Origin: a virus
Lineage: Duplodnaviria > Caudoviricetes
Reading direction: 5' to 3' (one strand)
Virus record (IMG/VR): IMGVR_UViG_3300044724_004599
Location: 1 to 31,513 of that record
DNA: 31,513 nucleotides
The translations under genes and the position numbers were made by a program. Of the stretch, positions 17,280 through 26,183 are shown in pieces. The number at the start of each line of letters is the position of its first letter. Within the stretch, counting starts at the first letter, position 1. The notes under the pieces are model-generated. The model was not told the origin of the DNA. It did not search any database and saw only the letters and a list, made by a program, of their open reading frames with translations.

Positions 17280-18249
17280 CTCTTCTTTTCTTTTTAATAT
17301 CTAAAGCCTCTAATCTAACTTTTTCATTCCTTTGATGTGACCATTCTAATAACTCATCCATACTACTCTCAAAAAATCTAACTGCATTATTATCGTTTAA
17401 GTCATCAACCCATTTCTTAAATTGTTCTCTCTCTTGAGTATAGGAACACATTTTCTCAGTAAAAGGAAAATCACTACCAACCGTCCACATTTCATATTTT
17501 CTTGTAGACACAAGATAAGCTTTATCATAAGTAAAACAAGAAGTATCACCAAATATGTTAAATGATTGCTCACAAATCCATAATCCTGACTCTACAACTG
17601 GTCTGTGGGAGGTCCATCTTAAGTAAGCTTCTCCATCTTGTTTGAAAAAACCAGTTTTGATCCCCGGTCTTGCAGTCCTAAGAGAAGGTCCATAATCACC
17701 TAAATGATTCATAATAAACTTAACATCTCTAAACTTACCTCCCAACCAATTAATCATTCTTGGACCATCATAAGGATTACCTTTAGTAGTTCCTTGAGTG
17801 TGTATAGATGCTATAGCACCTTTTGGAAGTTGTGATAATATTCTTTTCATTACTGGTGTAGAGTAATCTAAACCACTTGTTACTTCCTCGTTTCTAATCC
17901 ACCAACCTCTATTTGATGCAATCTTAACTCCATAACAATATCCTCCAGAGAGAAAACTTCTACCTTCTATATTAACATCTAACTCAGGTAGATTGTCTTC
18001 ATCTGTAGGTTCTTCTTTTGTAGGACCCATAACACTTTGAACACCATATATCTTTGTATCCGTTATTTCTCCTAACTCTTTTAATAAATCATACTCATCC
18101 CTATTGTATAGGACTAATGAGTGTGTGATCTTATGGGTGCGAAAGTATTCATCCATCTCTTTAGGGGAGATGTATCTTTGAACTTTAGCTTTTCTACTCC
18201 CCGGAAATGCTCCTAAGTTAACGTGAATGTCGAATTTTATTTTATTCAT
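17263..18249 (-). CDS. Amidohydrolase-family (TIM-barrel metallohydrolase) protein
   Basis: DIHVN, SIHT, MNHLG, GDTS and GSDFPF motifs in the order typical of amidohydrolase_2. Confidence 0.75.
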   Translation of the reverse strand: MNKIKFDIHVNLGAFPGSRKAKVQRYISPKEMDEYFRTHKITHSLVLYNRDEYDLLKELGEITDTKIYGVQSVMGPTKEEPTDEDNLPELDVNIEGRSFLSGGYCYGVKIASNRGWWIRNEEVTSGLDYSTPVMKRILSQLPKGAIASIHTQGTTKGNPYDGPRMINWLGGKFRDVKFIMNHLGDYGPSLRTARPGIKTGFFKQDGEAYLRWTSHRPVVESGLWICEQSFNIFGDTSCFTYDKAYLVSTRKYEMWTVGSDFPFTEKMCSYTQEREQFKKWVDDLNDNNAVRFFESSMDELLEWSHQRNEKVRLEALDIKKKRRDERKS

Positions 18250-18278
18250 TAAAGTTTTTTAAGTATTTAGTTACCTCT
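18233..18278. repeat. 46-bp direct repeat L, copy 2 (small ORF end / amidohydrolase start)
   Basis: 45/46 identical to 16755-16800. Confidence 0.95.
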
Positions 18279-18385
18279 CTACCTACCTCTAAAGGGATAT
18301 TTATACCCTTGATGTATACTACCGAAGTAAATAAACCCATAGTTAATGTTAACTCTTTATTTTTTAGATTTATCTCTATCACCAT
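18242..18385 (-). CDS. Small hypothetical protein (47 aa, not in ORF track)
   Basis: MVIEINLKNKELTLTMGLFTSVVYIKGINIPLEVGREVTKYLKNFNE. Overlaps both neighbours and shares its last 11 aa with the GNAT. Confidence 0.5.
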   Translation of the reverse strand: MVIEINLKNKELTLTMGLFTSVVYIKGINIPLEVGREVTKYLKNFNE

Positions 18386-18788
18386 AATAACTATATTTTG
18401 CTGTATCTTGAAGCTTCCAGTTATACTTATAATAATTGTTTAGTATCTTCTTAAAGTTATATTTCCAACCCTCTCTCTCAAATATAGCCGGCATGTCTAT
18501 CTTTTTATCACATACATAACATACTATTGTATTTTGTGTAAACCTTAAACTATACTGAGATATACGTTTAGTATTTATTAATCTACCTAAAGAAGTAATA
18601 ACTACATGGTCAAGATCGTCTTCCAATCTTACATACCTCTCTCTTTTCTTTATTATTTTATCTACTACTCCTTGGTTAAAGTCCGATGTATAAACGTCGG
18701 TGTATAATTCTTTAAGCGGTAAATCGTTGTTAAGGTAGTGTTCTACCTGTTTTATATAATCGTCTGTCACGTATTTTGTCTTTGCCAT
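18357..18788 (-). CDS. Hypothetical protein (weak NUMOD4-like segment)
   Basis: VVITSLGRLIN loosely resembles the NUMOD4 motif. Packed in the operon. Confidence 0.5.
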   Translation of the reverse strand: MAKTKYVTDDYIKQVEHYLNNDLPLKELYTDVYTSDFNQGVVDKIIKKRERYVRLEDDLDHVVITSLGRLINTKRISQYSLRFTQNTIVCYVCDKKIDMPAIFEREGWKYNFKKILNNYYKYNWKLQDTAKYSYYGDRDKSKK

Positions 18789-18973
18789 TCGTAGTATAAC
18801 TTATTTATCTTTTGTTGATAACTACTATATGAACAACTACAATCAGGAAACGTGACTCTACCGGATAAGAGCGTCTCTACCCTTATATAAGCATCTTTGT
18901 TATATCCTCTTAATACCTTGTTAAGATACTGTGGGAAACTATTTAATAACCAGTCTTTGTCTTCTTTACTCAT
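18767..18973 (-). CDS. Small hypothetical protein with CSC motif
   Basis: Overlaps both neighbours. Contains PDCSC. Confidence 0.55.
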   Translation of the reverse strand: MSKEDKDWLLNSFPQYLNKVLRGYNKDAYIRVETLLSGRVTFPDCSCSYSSYQQKINKLYYEWQRQNT

Positions 18974-19232
18974 ACCATTGTTTTATCCTATCAAGTAAAT
19001 AATTAATACAAAAACCTACAAGGCCGGCTACTGCTCCATGAAGTAAGTCAACGTATATAAAAATGCCAATCCAGAATGAAAGACATTTAGAGCAGTTTAG
19101 AAGCTTACTAAGTAAAGTGAAAGGTATGAAATCGATCAGCTTCTGTTTTGCCGGCTGTATAGGTGTAAAGTCATAAGCTATCATGTTACCTAAGTAACCA
19201 ATGCCTATAAGATTAAATAGATTTATCTCCAT
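18966..19232 (-). CDS. Small membrane protein with CxxC (DUF1360-like)
   Basis: LLNCSKCLSFW flanked by hydrophobic helices. Confidence 0.6.
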   Translation of the reverse strand: MEINLFNLIGIGYLGNMIAYDFTPIQPAKQKLIDFIPFTLLSKLLNCSKCLSFWIGIFIYVDLLHGAVAGLVGFCINYLLDRIKQWYE

Positions 19233-19410
19233 CTGTTCTTAACGAATCTAAGTATTTGTTAACTAAACGTTCTATCCTTTTGTATTCTTGTATCTCTCCT
19301 TGTTTCTTCTTTCTCTTATACCTTGCTATTAAACGAGGATAAACTAACGAGAGAACCAAGGAAATTAAACCTAAGTTAACTATTAAAGATATTATTGTAA
19401 ATGTTGACAT
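19213..19410 (-). CDS. Small single-TM protein
   Basis: Hydrophobic N-terminal 24 aa followed by a basic/charged tail. Confidence 0.6.
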   Translation of the reverse strand: MSTFTIISLIVNLGLISLVLSLVYPRLIARYKRKKKQGEIQEYKRIERLVNKYLDSLRTDGDKSI

Positions 19411-19943
19411 TTCCTTTGTATTAAAGCTTTTACTAATTTGTAATCTGTTTTAAGTGAATGATAGTTTATGTTATACTTTTGAGAGGTCTTGTTAAACTTT
19501 TTACCTCCTATCATAATTTCATTCACTAACATTTTTTGATAAGGGTCAAGAGATTCGATAGCTTTTTTGATACAGTAGTATACGTCTGATGGTTCATCGT
19601 TAAAAGCTTCGTTGTAAGAAACGTGGTTGGCATAAGGTATATTTGGATATAACTCTCTGTAACTATACAGGTGTTTTCGATATACATGCCAAAACTTACT
19701 ACTATTTGATTTTAACTGGAATGCCATTACAAAGGTGATAAAGTTTTCTAACTTACCGTCTTGGTAAACTTTCCATATGTAGTCAGTTTTCTTTTCAAAG
19801 AACATTTCTAAACTCATAGCAAGTAAGTCTTCACCCCATCGGTCATACCCCGCCCCACAGGTCTTTTTACAATTTATAACCAATTGATCGTAAATCTTTC
19901 CTACTTCCTCTGTTACTATCTCTCTCTTCTTCTTATCTGTCAT
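19392..19943 (-). CDS. ECF/sigma-70-like transcription factor
   Basis: Region-2-like EDLLAMSLEMFF...LENFI and region-4-like AIESLDPYQKML...FNKTSQKYNINYHSL. 183 aa. Confidence 0.6.
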   Translation of the reverse strand: MTDKKKREIVTEEVGKIYDQLVINCKKTCGAGYDRWGEDLLAMSLEMFFEKKTDYIWKVYQDGKLENFITFVMAFQLKSNSSKFWHVYRKHLYSYRELYPNIPYANHVSYNEAFNDEPSDVYYCIKKAIESLDPYQKMLVNEIMIGGKKFNKTSQKYNINYHSLKTDYKLVKALIQRKCQHLQ

Positions 19944-19957
19944 ATAGTGTATTAATT

Positions 19958-19991
19958 ATATAATACGAACTTTATAATACATATCCAACTT
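19958..19991 (-). promoter_or_regulatory. Putative promoter for the sigma-like operon
   Basis: Minus strand AGTTGGATATGTATTATAAAGTTCGTATTATATA, lying between a terminator and the ATG. A similar TTGG...CTTATAT occurs at 31471-31495. Confidence 0.4.
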
Positions 19992-19997
19992 TTACCC

Positions 19998-20023
19998 AAA
20001 AAAAAAGAGCCCCTAAGGACTCT
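19998..20023 (-). terminator. Intrinsic terminator ending the fibre/LamG unit
   Basis: AGAGTCC-TTAG-GGGCTCT hairpin followed by a T-run on the minus strand. Confidence 0.8.
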
Positions 20024-20117
20024 ATAAAAAGAATTAAGCGATTAACTTATAAAGTGAAAGGCAGAAATAGTAAAATACTTAATTCCTTTTTTTGCCAACC
20101 ATGGAAATAGTTGTGTC

Positions 20118-20258
20118 TTATACTGCTCCTCGAGCTTCTAAGTCAGCAATCATAAATGCTTTACCTTGTGCTTTTACGTTTGATTTTTCTTCTTCACTCA
20201 TAGCATTAAACTGCTCTGGTGTTATTTGTGTAAGTTCTTCTCTTGTGTATGTTTTCAT
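20118..20258 (-). CDS. Micro-ORF (46 aa, not in ORF track)
   Basis: MKTYTREELTQITPEQFNAMSEEEKSNVKAQGKAFMIADLEARGAV, with an A-rich leader. Confidence 0.6.
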   Translation of the reverse strand: MKTYTREELTQITPEQFNAMSEEEKSNVKAQGKAFMIADLEARGAV

Positions 20259-20269
20259 TTTTTTATATT

Positions 20270-20398
20270 TTATAGACTACCAGTTAGAAACTGATCAAGT
20301 TGATTATTAAAATTTTTTCTCTCTTCATCGTCTGAATAGATAAATGTTATTAACTCTTGTGAAGGGTTCAAAAGTTCTTCTTCTGTGTAAGTTCTCAT
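20270..20398 (-). CDS. Micro-ORF (42 aa, not in ORF track)
   Basis: MRTYTEEELLNPSQELITFIYSDDEERKNFNNQLDQFLTGSL. N-terminus resembles the next micro-ORF. Confidence 0.6.
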   Translation of the reverse strand: MRTYTEEELLNPSQELITFIYSDDEERKNFNNQLDQFLTGSL

Positions 20399-20410
20399 AT
20401 TGTCTTATTT

Positions 20411-21388
20411 TTATGATCCGTTCAATCCATCTGATGGATATGCTGCTTTATAGTTTGCTATTAAAGCATCTATTTGAGCATTTGAAAGAGCTACATCATA
20501 TAATAATGAATGTCTTACGTCTCCTTTAGCTCCTGCGTATTCGTTATCTCTTGATCTACCACCCATCGTATATCCTTCATGCTGTAAAGTGTTACCTTCT
20601 TTTCCTGCTCTTACCGTTATACTTAATTCGGATGATGATCTACCTCCATCAGAGTCTGCATAACTACCCCCGGAAGGTGTATCTCTATATACTGATGAAT
20701 GCCAATAGTTAAGTTTATCATCTGTTATATCTCCACTACCATCGTAACTAAATATTATAGCCAGGTTAGTTGGTGATTGTATGTTATTGTAGGTTTGTGA
20801 TTGTAGACTGTAATTGTTACTTGAAGCAAAACTACCTGTTGCATAATAGTTATCGCCTGGGTAGTTACTTCCATTAGAAAAAGCTACTGGATTATATTCT
20901 TCTGGTTGTACAGCTGATTGAACACCTGTGTTACCTTTGTATGATACCATTCTTAACCAATCAGGGTTACCTTTCCAATCGGGTCTACAAAAAGTAATAA
21001 ACGTAGCAGGATTGTTAACAGAAAAGTCTCCATCTGTTTGATAGTTACCTGAACCATACTTTCTTGCTAAAGAACTATTTCTCATCGTAGTTCCTCCTGT
21101 ATTAAGGCTTCCACTAAAGAAAGCATAATTTCCACTTGAATCAGATTTTAATTCAGGGTATATATAATATGGTGATGAGTATTTAGCTGATGTTCCTTTT
21201 ACAATACTACCGGTATTACTACCTTTACTATCTATTCCTTCTATATCTACTGTGCTTCCTAATCTAAATGTCATTGTAGAAGTATCAGTAAAGTCATACC
21301 AGAAGTAAGGAGTTATTGTTCCTCCTAATGTAGGATCAAACTCTGCTGGACCAGATGGTCCCATAAAAGCAAATGGTGTTTGATTCAT
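20411..21388 (-). CDS. Virion-associated concanavalin/LamG-like lectin-fold protein
   Basis: FWYDFTDTST near the N-terminus and LLYDVALSNAQI near the C-terminus. Coupled to the fibre gene. Confidence 0.6.
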   Translation of the reverse strand: MNQTPFAFMGPSGPAEFDPTLGGTITPYFWYDFTDTSTMTFRLGSTVDIEGIDSKGSNTGSIVKGTSAKYSSPYYIYPELKSDSSGNYAFFSGSLNTGGTTMRNSSLARKYGSGNYQTDGDFSVNNPATFITFCRPDWKGNPDWLRMVSYKGNTGVQSAVQPEEYNPVAFSNGSNYPGDNYYATGSFASSNNYSLQSQTYNNIQSPTNLAIIFSYDGSGDITDDKLNYWHSSVYRDTPSGGSYADSDGGRSSSELSITVRAGKEGNTLQHEGYTMGGRSRDNEYAGAKGDVRHSLLYDVALSNAQIDALIANYKAAYPSDGLNGS

Positions 21389-24369
21389 TAGCTAAAGTTT
21401 TGAATAGCTGTTCCGTAATATGTTGATCCGTCGTATGTTTGGAAAGTTAAGATATCTACTGATCCAGAAGCTGCCGTTATAGTTGGAGATGTTCCTCCTG
21501 CAAAGGCAAACTCTGTTCCAAATGATAACGTTCCATACGAGTCTGTTGCTGTTGTTGGTTGTTTAACCTCTAAACTTATTGTTTGACCAGGTCTTCCTGC
21601 GTATGCTGTCTGCATCTCAAGATGTGTATTAGATCCAGAAACAAGCGTTATAGTATGGAAGTTAGTCTTAAAGTTTTCAAGTGAACCTGTGTTAGAGGTT
21701 ATACTAACTGTTTGTATCGGTTGTGTTACAGATCCAGTTACATTTAGATAGAAACCTCCTGTTGATAATCCACTCTTAAGACTAATCGAGTCAGCCTGAG
21801 TTTGTACATTTATACTACTTGTAGAAATAAGATCCATATAAGCAGCTTCTCCTCCTTGTGATCCAACAGACTGTATTAGAACAGAAGCCCCGTTGTAACC
21901 TTGTATAAGTGCCTGTGAACCAGATCCACCTGCCTGCATGATTACATGTGAACCAGATACTGTTCCTCTTCCTGATGCTATATCTGCTGGTGCTTTCTGA
22001 TGGGCCTTAAACTGACCAAATTGAGTGGCGCTTGGTTTATTCGATATATTAGCCATTACACCGTTTACAGAAAACTCACTACCGAAATTGTAACTAAAGC
22101 TGTCGTAGTATTCTATAGCAAAGTAATCTTTATATTGTGAACCAAAACCACTATAATCGGCAAAGAAGTTGTTTACATTTGTATAACTTCTATTATCTAT
22201 TGTAGTTGATGGTACTGCTATAAGATCATACTGGTTGTTAAGTCCTGGTGCTGCTAAATTCTGTTTGAAGTTTGAATCTATAGAAGAACCATTTCTTGTT
22301 GCTCCTAAGACATCAAAGTTACCTCCTGATACTATAAGTGAACCAGTTATTGATGCGTTACCTAAATAAGAACCATCCCAATCACCTGCGTTAGCAGCAT
22401 ATGAAGCTGTTCCCAGTAATGAACCTGTAAATGATGGTGCTGTTATACCATCTTGTGAATCAATTGAACCGGAAAATTCAAATCCTGTTACTGGTGAGAT
22501 TAACTGAAATCTTGAAGTATCAGCAGCTCTAAGAAGATACTTACCAGTTGCGTCATTGTTATCTCTTAACTCTAAAACGTTATATCTGTTTCCTGAAGAT
22601 CCTGATATTCTTTGATTTACTTTGTATAAGTTTTGTTTGTGGACAGAATCTGTTCCAAAATTAAATCCAAAACTATCCCAGAACTCTGTTACATAAGCAT
22701 TTTGATAATCTGCACCGAAGTTATTTACATAATATTGTAGTACAACACTTGCATTTGGTACACCGCTAACTTCATTAAATGTTGCTTGATTACCGTAAGC
22801 TGGTGCTGTAAAGGTTTGTTTTAAGTTTGCATTTATTGTTGATGCATCTAAAGCACTTCCTGTTATTTTTAACGAACCTGTTATTTGTGAGTTAGAGTTT
22901 ATCTTAACTGTAGAACCATTATCAGTTATGTTTGTATCAGTTACTGTATGGTTACCTGTTCCTTTTATTAAAGTGTTGGAGCTTGGATAAACCTCTGATC
23001 CTTTACTTCCTGATACACCTGTAAGCATTCCTGCTGACTCTCCTCCTGTTTCGACCTGTATCCAGTTATCATCTACACTATCCCATTCAAACGATCCTGT
23101 TAAACCAGATCCACTGTCGTATACTTTTACTCCTGCAAATCTCTTTGTTGGTGAATCAGCATTTAAGATGATGTATTCATCTCCTATGATTGTTGCTGAA
23201 CCTGTTATTGTTTTTAAGTAACCAATAGAGGCTGAAGTAAATGAAGCATTACTTGCAGTAATATCAGTTATGTTTATTCTTGCTGTAGAATCTAAATCAT
23301 CTGCTATGTCTGCTCTTACGGCATGACTTGCTGAAGTAGCTGTTGTAGAACTTAAAGCACTATCTGCTATTATAGCATGTGATGCTGATGTAGCAGTGTT
23401 TGAGTTACTTGCAAAAGATGCTGAAGTTGCATTTGCTACTGTTCCATCCACATTTGCTCCTGCTACATAAGATGCTGTATTTGCCGTTGTTGGTATAATT
23501 GATGATGTTGCTACTGTTTGTGGAACACCGTTAGCATCTCCTTTCCATACATAGTCTGTTGTTAGGTTTGGTAAGTCATTTGTTCTACCTGAACCAAGAA
23601 CTACCAATTCTCCATCTGATGCGTCTACCTTACCTACAATACCAATGTTTTGAATAAATGATGATCCTGTAGGTTTTGTTGCTGTTATTGCTCCTGCTCT
23701 ACCTACATATACGTTGTTACCTGCTGTAAATGTAGAAGTATCAATACCTATAATCTTACCACTTATGATTGCGTTACCTGTAGCTGAAGCATTAATGTCT
23801 GTTAAAGCTAAACCAATTGCTGGCATATCACCATCACAAGAAGCTGTTATTACGTCAATGTTTTGCCCTGTAACTCCAGTAGCATGTAACGTCTGTCCCT
23901 TTGTTATATTTACCCCTAATGTATTCTTTACACCTACAATAAGATCATTGGCATCTGCTGCTAAATCGGCAAACAGAGCATGTGATGAACTTAAAGCATT
24001 ATCAGCATACGAGGCACTTGTTACCGTTCCTGTTAAATGTGATGCTGTTACGGCATAAGAAGCACTGTTAGCATTTTCGGCAAAAGAAGCATAAGAAGCT
24101 GATTCTACTGAACCAGATTGAGATACAGTTACGTCAAATGTTGTTCCGTTGTCTTTTGTAAAGGTAATAGTTGATGCTACTGCTGATGCTGTTACGATAC
24201 CATCTCCAAAAAAAGAAGATGAATCGGCATTAGTAGCTTTTGACGCTGTTACTGTTAGGTTATTTATTTGGTTACCTAAACCGTCTACTGGTATACTTCC
24301 AGAGTTTTGAACTAAGTTGTCAAAACTTTGTGATATGTATTGATTGGTTAAGTTAAAATCTGCTGCCAT
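21388..24369 (-). CDS. Tail fibre / long virion fibre protein
   Basis: Repeated SASYA/SASHA and ITGS/SGS shaft motifs. C-terminal FAGGTSPTITAASGSVDILTF domain. Confidence 0.8.
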   Translation of the reverse strand: MAADFNLTNQYISQSFDNLVQNSGSIPVDGLGNQINNLTVTASKATNADSSSFFGDGIVTASAVASTITFTKDNGTTFDVTVSQSGSVESASYASFAENANSASYAVTASHLTGTVTSASYADNALSSSHALFADLAADANDLIVGVKNTLGVNITKGQTLHATGVTGQNIDVITASCDGDMPAIGLALTDINASATGNAIISGKIIGIDTSTFTAGNNVYVGRAGAITATKPTGSSFIQNIGIVGKVDASDGELVVLGSGRTNDLPNLTTDYVWKGDANGVPQTVATSSIIPTTANTASYVAGANVDGTVANATSASFASNSNTATSASHAIIADSALSSTTATSASHAVRADIADDLDSTARINITDITASNASFTSASIGYLKTITGSATIIGDEYIILNADSPTKRFAGVKVYDSGSGLTGSFEWDSVDDNWIQVETGGESAGMLTGVSGSKGSEVYPSSNTLIKGTGNHTVTDTNITDNGSTVKINSNSQITGSLKITGSALDASTINANLKQTFTAPAYGNQATFNEVSGVPNASVVLQYYVNNFGADYQNAYVTEFWDSFGFNFGTDSVHKQNLYKVNQRISGSSGNRYNVLELRDNNDATGKYLLRAADTSRFQLISPVTGFEFSGSIDSQDGITAPSFTGSLLGTASYAANAGDWDGSYLGNASITGSLIVSGGNFDVLGATRNGSSIDSNFKQNLAAPGLNNQYDLIAVPSTTIDNRSYTNVNNFFADYSGFGSQYKDYFAIEYYDSFSYNFGSEFSVNGVMANISNKPSATQFGQFKAHQKAPADIASGRGTVSGSHVIMQAGGSGSQALIQGYNGASVLIQSVGSQGGEAAYMDLISTSSINVQTQADSISLKSGLSTGGFYLNVTGSVTQPIQTVSITSNTGSLENFKTNFHTITLVSGSNTHLEMQTAYAGRPGQTISLEVKQPTTATDSYGTLSFGTEFAFAGGTSPTITAASGSVDILTFQTYDGSTYYGTAIQNFS

Positions 24370-24956
24370 TATTGAGGGTATTGTTTATATCGTCTATCGA
24401 ATGTTCTTATTCCATAGTAACGAGCAAAATCTAAAAAGTAACCTCCTCTCATAACAAAAGGACTCTTGTATTTGTTACTATAATCAGGTATCTGTTGATA
24501 AAGTTTTGTATCTTGTTGTAACTCTGGGAATAGGTTATCTTCTTCTAAAATGTATTCTGTTAGTCTTTGACCGTAATAGTCCATTTTATTTCTTATTGAC
24601 TGTCTCTTCATATCATATAGATCTCTTGCTGCTGGGTCTGAGTTTTCACCACCATTTGGGATTAATAAGCCGTTATTGCGTGGTCTAAGGTAAATATCTT
24701 CTAAAGTCTCGTAGTATACAGTGTATAATAAGTAGTCCTGTATATAATCATCAACAAGTTCTTTATAGTTACCTGTTAAACTACTTGAATCAACATCTGA
24801 TAGTAGTTTTTGATATAATACGGTTCCAATTATATTCTGTAACCAGTAGTCTTGTGCTGTTCTAATATTGTTTTTTATTAGTTCACTATCTACTGCGTTG
24901 TTAAGACTTGTAAAGCTTCTTACTTTTGCTTCTGATATTAAAAATGTGGTTGTCAT
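24369..24956 (-). CDS. Head-tail adaptor / head completion protein
   Basis: Helical ~195-aa protein directly downstream of the portal. Confidence 0.55.
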   Translation of the reverse strand: MTTTFLISEAKVRSFTSLNNAVDSELIKNNIRTAQDYWLQNIIGTVLYQKLLSDVDSSSLTGNYKELVDDYIQDYLLYTVYYETLEDIYLRPRNNGLLIPNGGENSDPAARDLYDMKRQSIRNKMDYYGQRLTEYILEEDNLFPELQQDTKLYQQIPDYSNKYKSPFVMRGGYFLDFARYYGIRTFDRRYKQYPQ

Positions 24957-24961
24957 ACTAT

Positions 24962-24968
24962 TAAATAG
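24962..24968 (-). promoter_or_regulatory. CTATTTA motif (5 nt before adaptor ATG)
   Basis: CCTATTTA-ATAGT-ATG on the minus strand. Confidence 0.6.
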
Positions 24969-24970
24969 GT

Positions 24971-26182
24971 TTAGGCTAATAAAGGTTCACTTGGAGTATT
25001 ATCTACTTGTGACTCTTCTTCATCGTTTATTTCGTTACTTACTACTACTTCCTGGTCTTGTTCTCCTTCTTCAAGTAACCTTGTTTGGTTAATTCCAAGA
25101 ACAATGTCCGGATAGTTAAATGACATAATCATTTCAAAGCATTTTAACATCTCTTGTTGGTAAGGTAAAATTACCAGGTTTAAGAATAATAAATGAGCAT
25201 CTAATAACTCTGCTCTACCACCTAATTGTCCTGCTTCTTTTATACCTAAAAGCATTGGACTTGTAATCCTGTGTGCTGTAAGTATTTTTTGCATTACTAA
25301 ATCATTGATAGTAGTATAATAAGTATCTGTTTGGTTAGATGGGATTGGAGTAATGACTGGTGCCATTTCTTTCTCCGGTACATCCATATAAACTAACGAA
25401 CCAGCATTATTAGTACCTGCGTAGTTGAGTTGTAGTTGCTGTTCTATCTCTCTTAACTGTTCATCGCTTCCATTTGTGAAAGTTGTAATAGATAAAGAAG
25501 GAGTTAAACCATTCTTTATATTATTAACGTGAAAGTCATCGATTGATGTATCTAACTCTATAATTCTAAGAGCTGCTACATAATCAGGTAATGGATAGTA
25601 TGTTTGCCCAGGTCTATAATCTCTGTGAACATAAATTTGGTGGGCCTCTTCTTGTTTCTTTTCTGGGTTGTATACAGGAAGGTAATCTATGTCGTCTTCA
25701 TTTTTGTATACTATCCCTGAAAATCTATTCATTTTGTCCCATTTGTCCGAGATAAAGTATCCTGGGATGTGGCCGTACTTATTCTTTTCTTTAGCTCTTA
25801 AAGTACTAAAGTCCATATGATAAGCCTCAAGCCTGGATCTGTCATTACTATAAACTATCTCAAGAGCAAAACTCCCGTGTAGCTTAAAGTCAAGAGCACA
25901 TTTAGCAAATATGTCATTCCAAGAATCACCATGACTGTTTGCTCTTTTAAGGTATATTTCTTCATTTGCTGTTAGTCCCTCACCAATAACACCTTCTACT
26001 ACAGCATTAATACAAGAAGCATTAACAGAACTTTTGTTATACATCTCAATTAAGTGCTGAGGAAACATATTATCGTTACCGTTCTTTACATACTTCTGGT
26101 CTTTATCTTTTTTGTATTCGTGATGGTTAAACTCTCTAAGTGAAGAGTTATTAAGTTTTTTGAATGTAAATTTTTTTTCCAT
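24971..26182 (-). CDS. Portal protein (likely start MEKKF at 26182)
   Basis: YYPLPDY, NNIKNGLTPS, GTNNAG and ILTAHRITSPMLLGI motifs. The ATG lies 1 nt after the upstream stop. Confidence 0.88.
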   Translation of the reverse strand: MEKKFTFKKLNNSSLREFNHHEYKKDKDQKYVKNGNDNMFPQHLIEMYNKSSVNASCINAVVEGVIGEGLTANEEIYLKRANSHGDSWNDIFAKCALDFKLHGSFALEIVYSNDRSRLEAYHMDFSTLRAKEKNKYGHIPGYFISDKWDKMNRFSGIVYKNEDDIDYLPVYNPEKKQEEAHQIYVHRDYRPGQTYYPLPDYVAALRIIELDTSIDDFHVNNIKNGLTPSLSITTFTNGSDEQLREIEQQLQLNYAGTNNAGSLVYMDVPEKEMAPVITPIPSNQTDTYYTTINDLVMQKILTAHRITSPMLLGIKEAGQLGGRAELLDAHLLFLNLVILPYQQEMLKCFEMIMSFNYPDIVLGINQTRLLEEGEQDQEVVVSNEINDEEESQVDNTPSEPLLA

Positions 26183-26183
26183 G

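Noticed and set aside
17226-18313. 14-bp match TTTATACCCTTGAT at 17226-17239 and 18300-18313
   Set aside because: It is short and AT-rich, read differently in the two ORFs, and not at cassette borders. Probably chance.
811-19220. Extra CTATTTA copies at 811-817, 11553-11559 and 19214-19220
   Set aside because: They lie inside coding sequence without a closely spaced downstream ATG and are expected by chance in AT-rich DNA.
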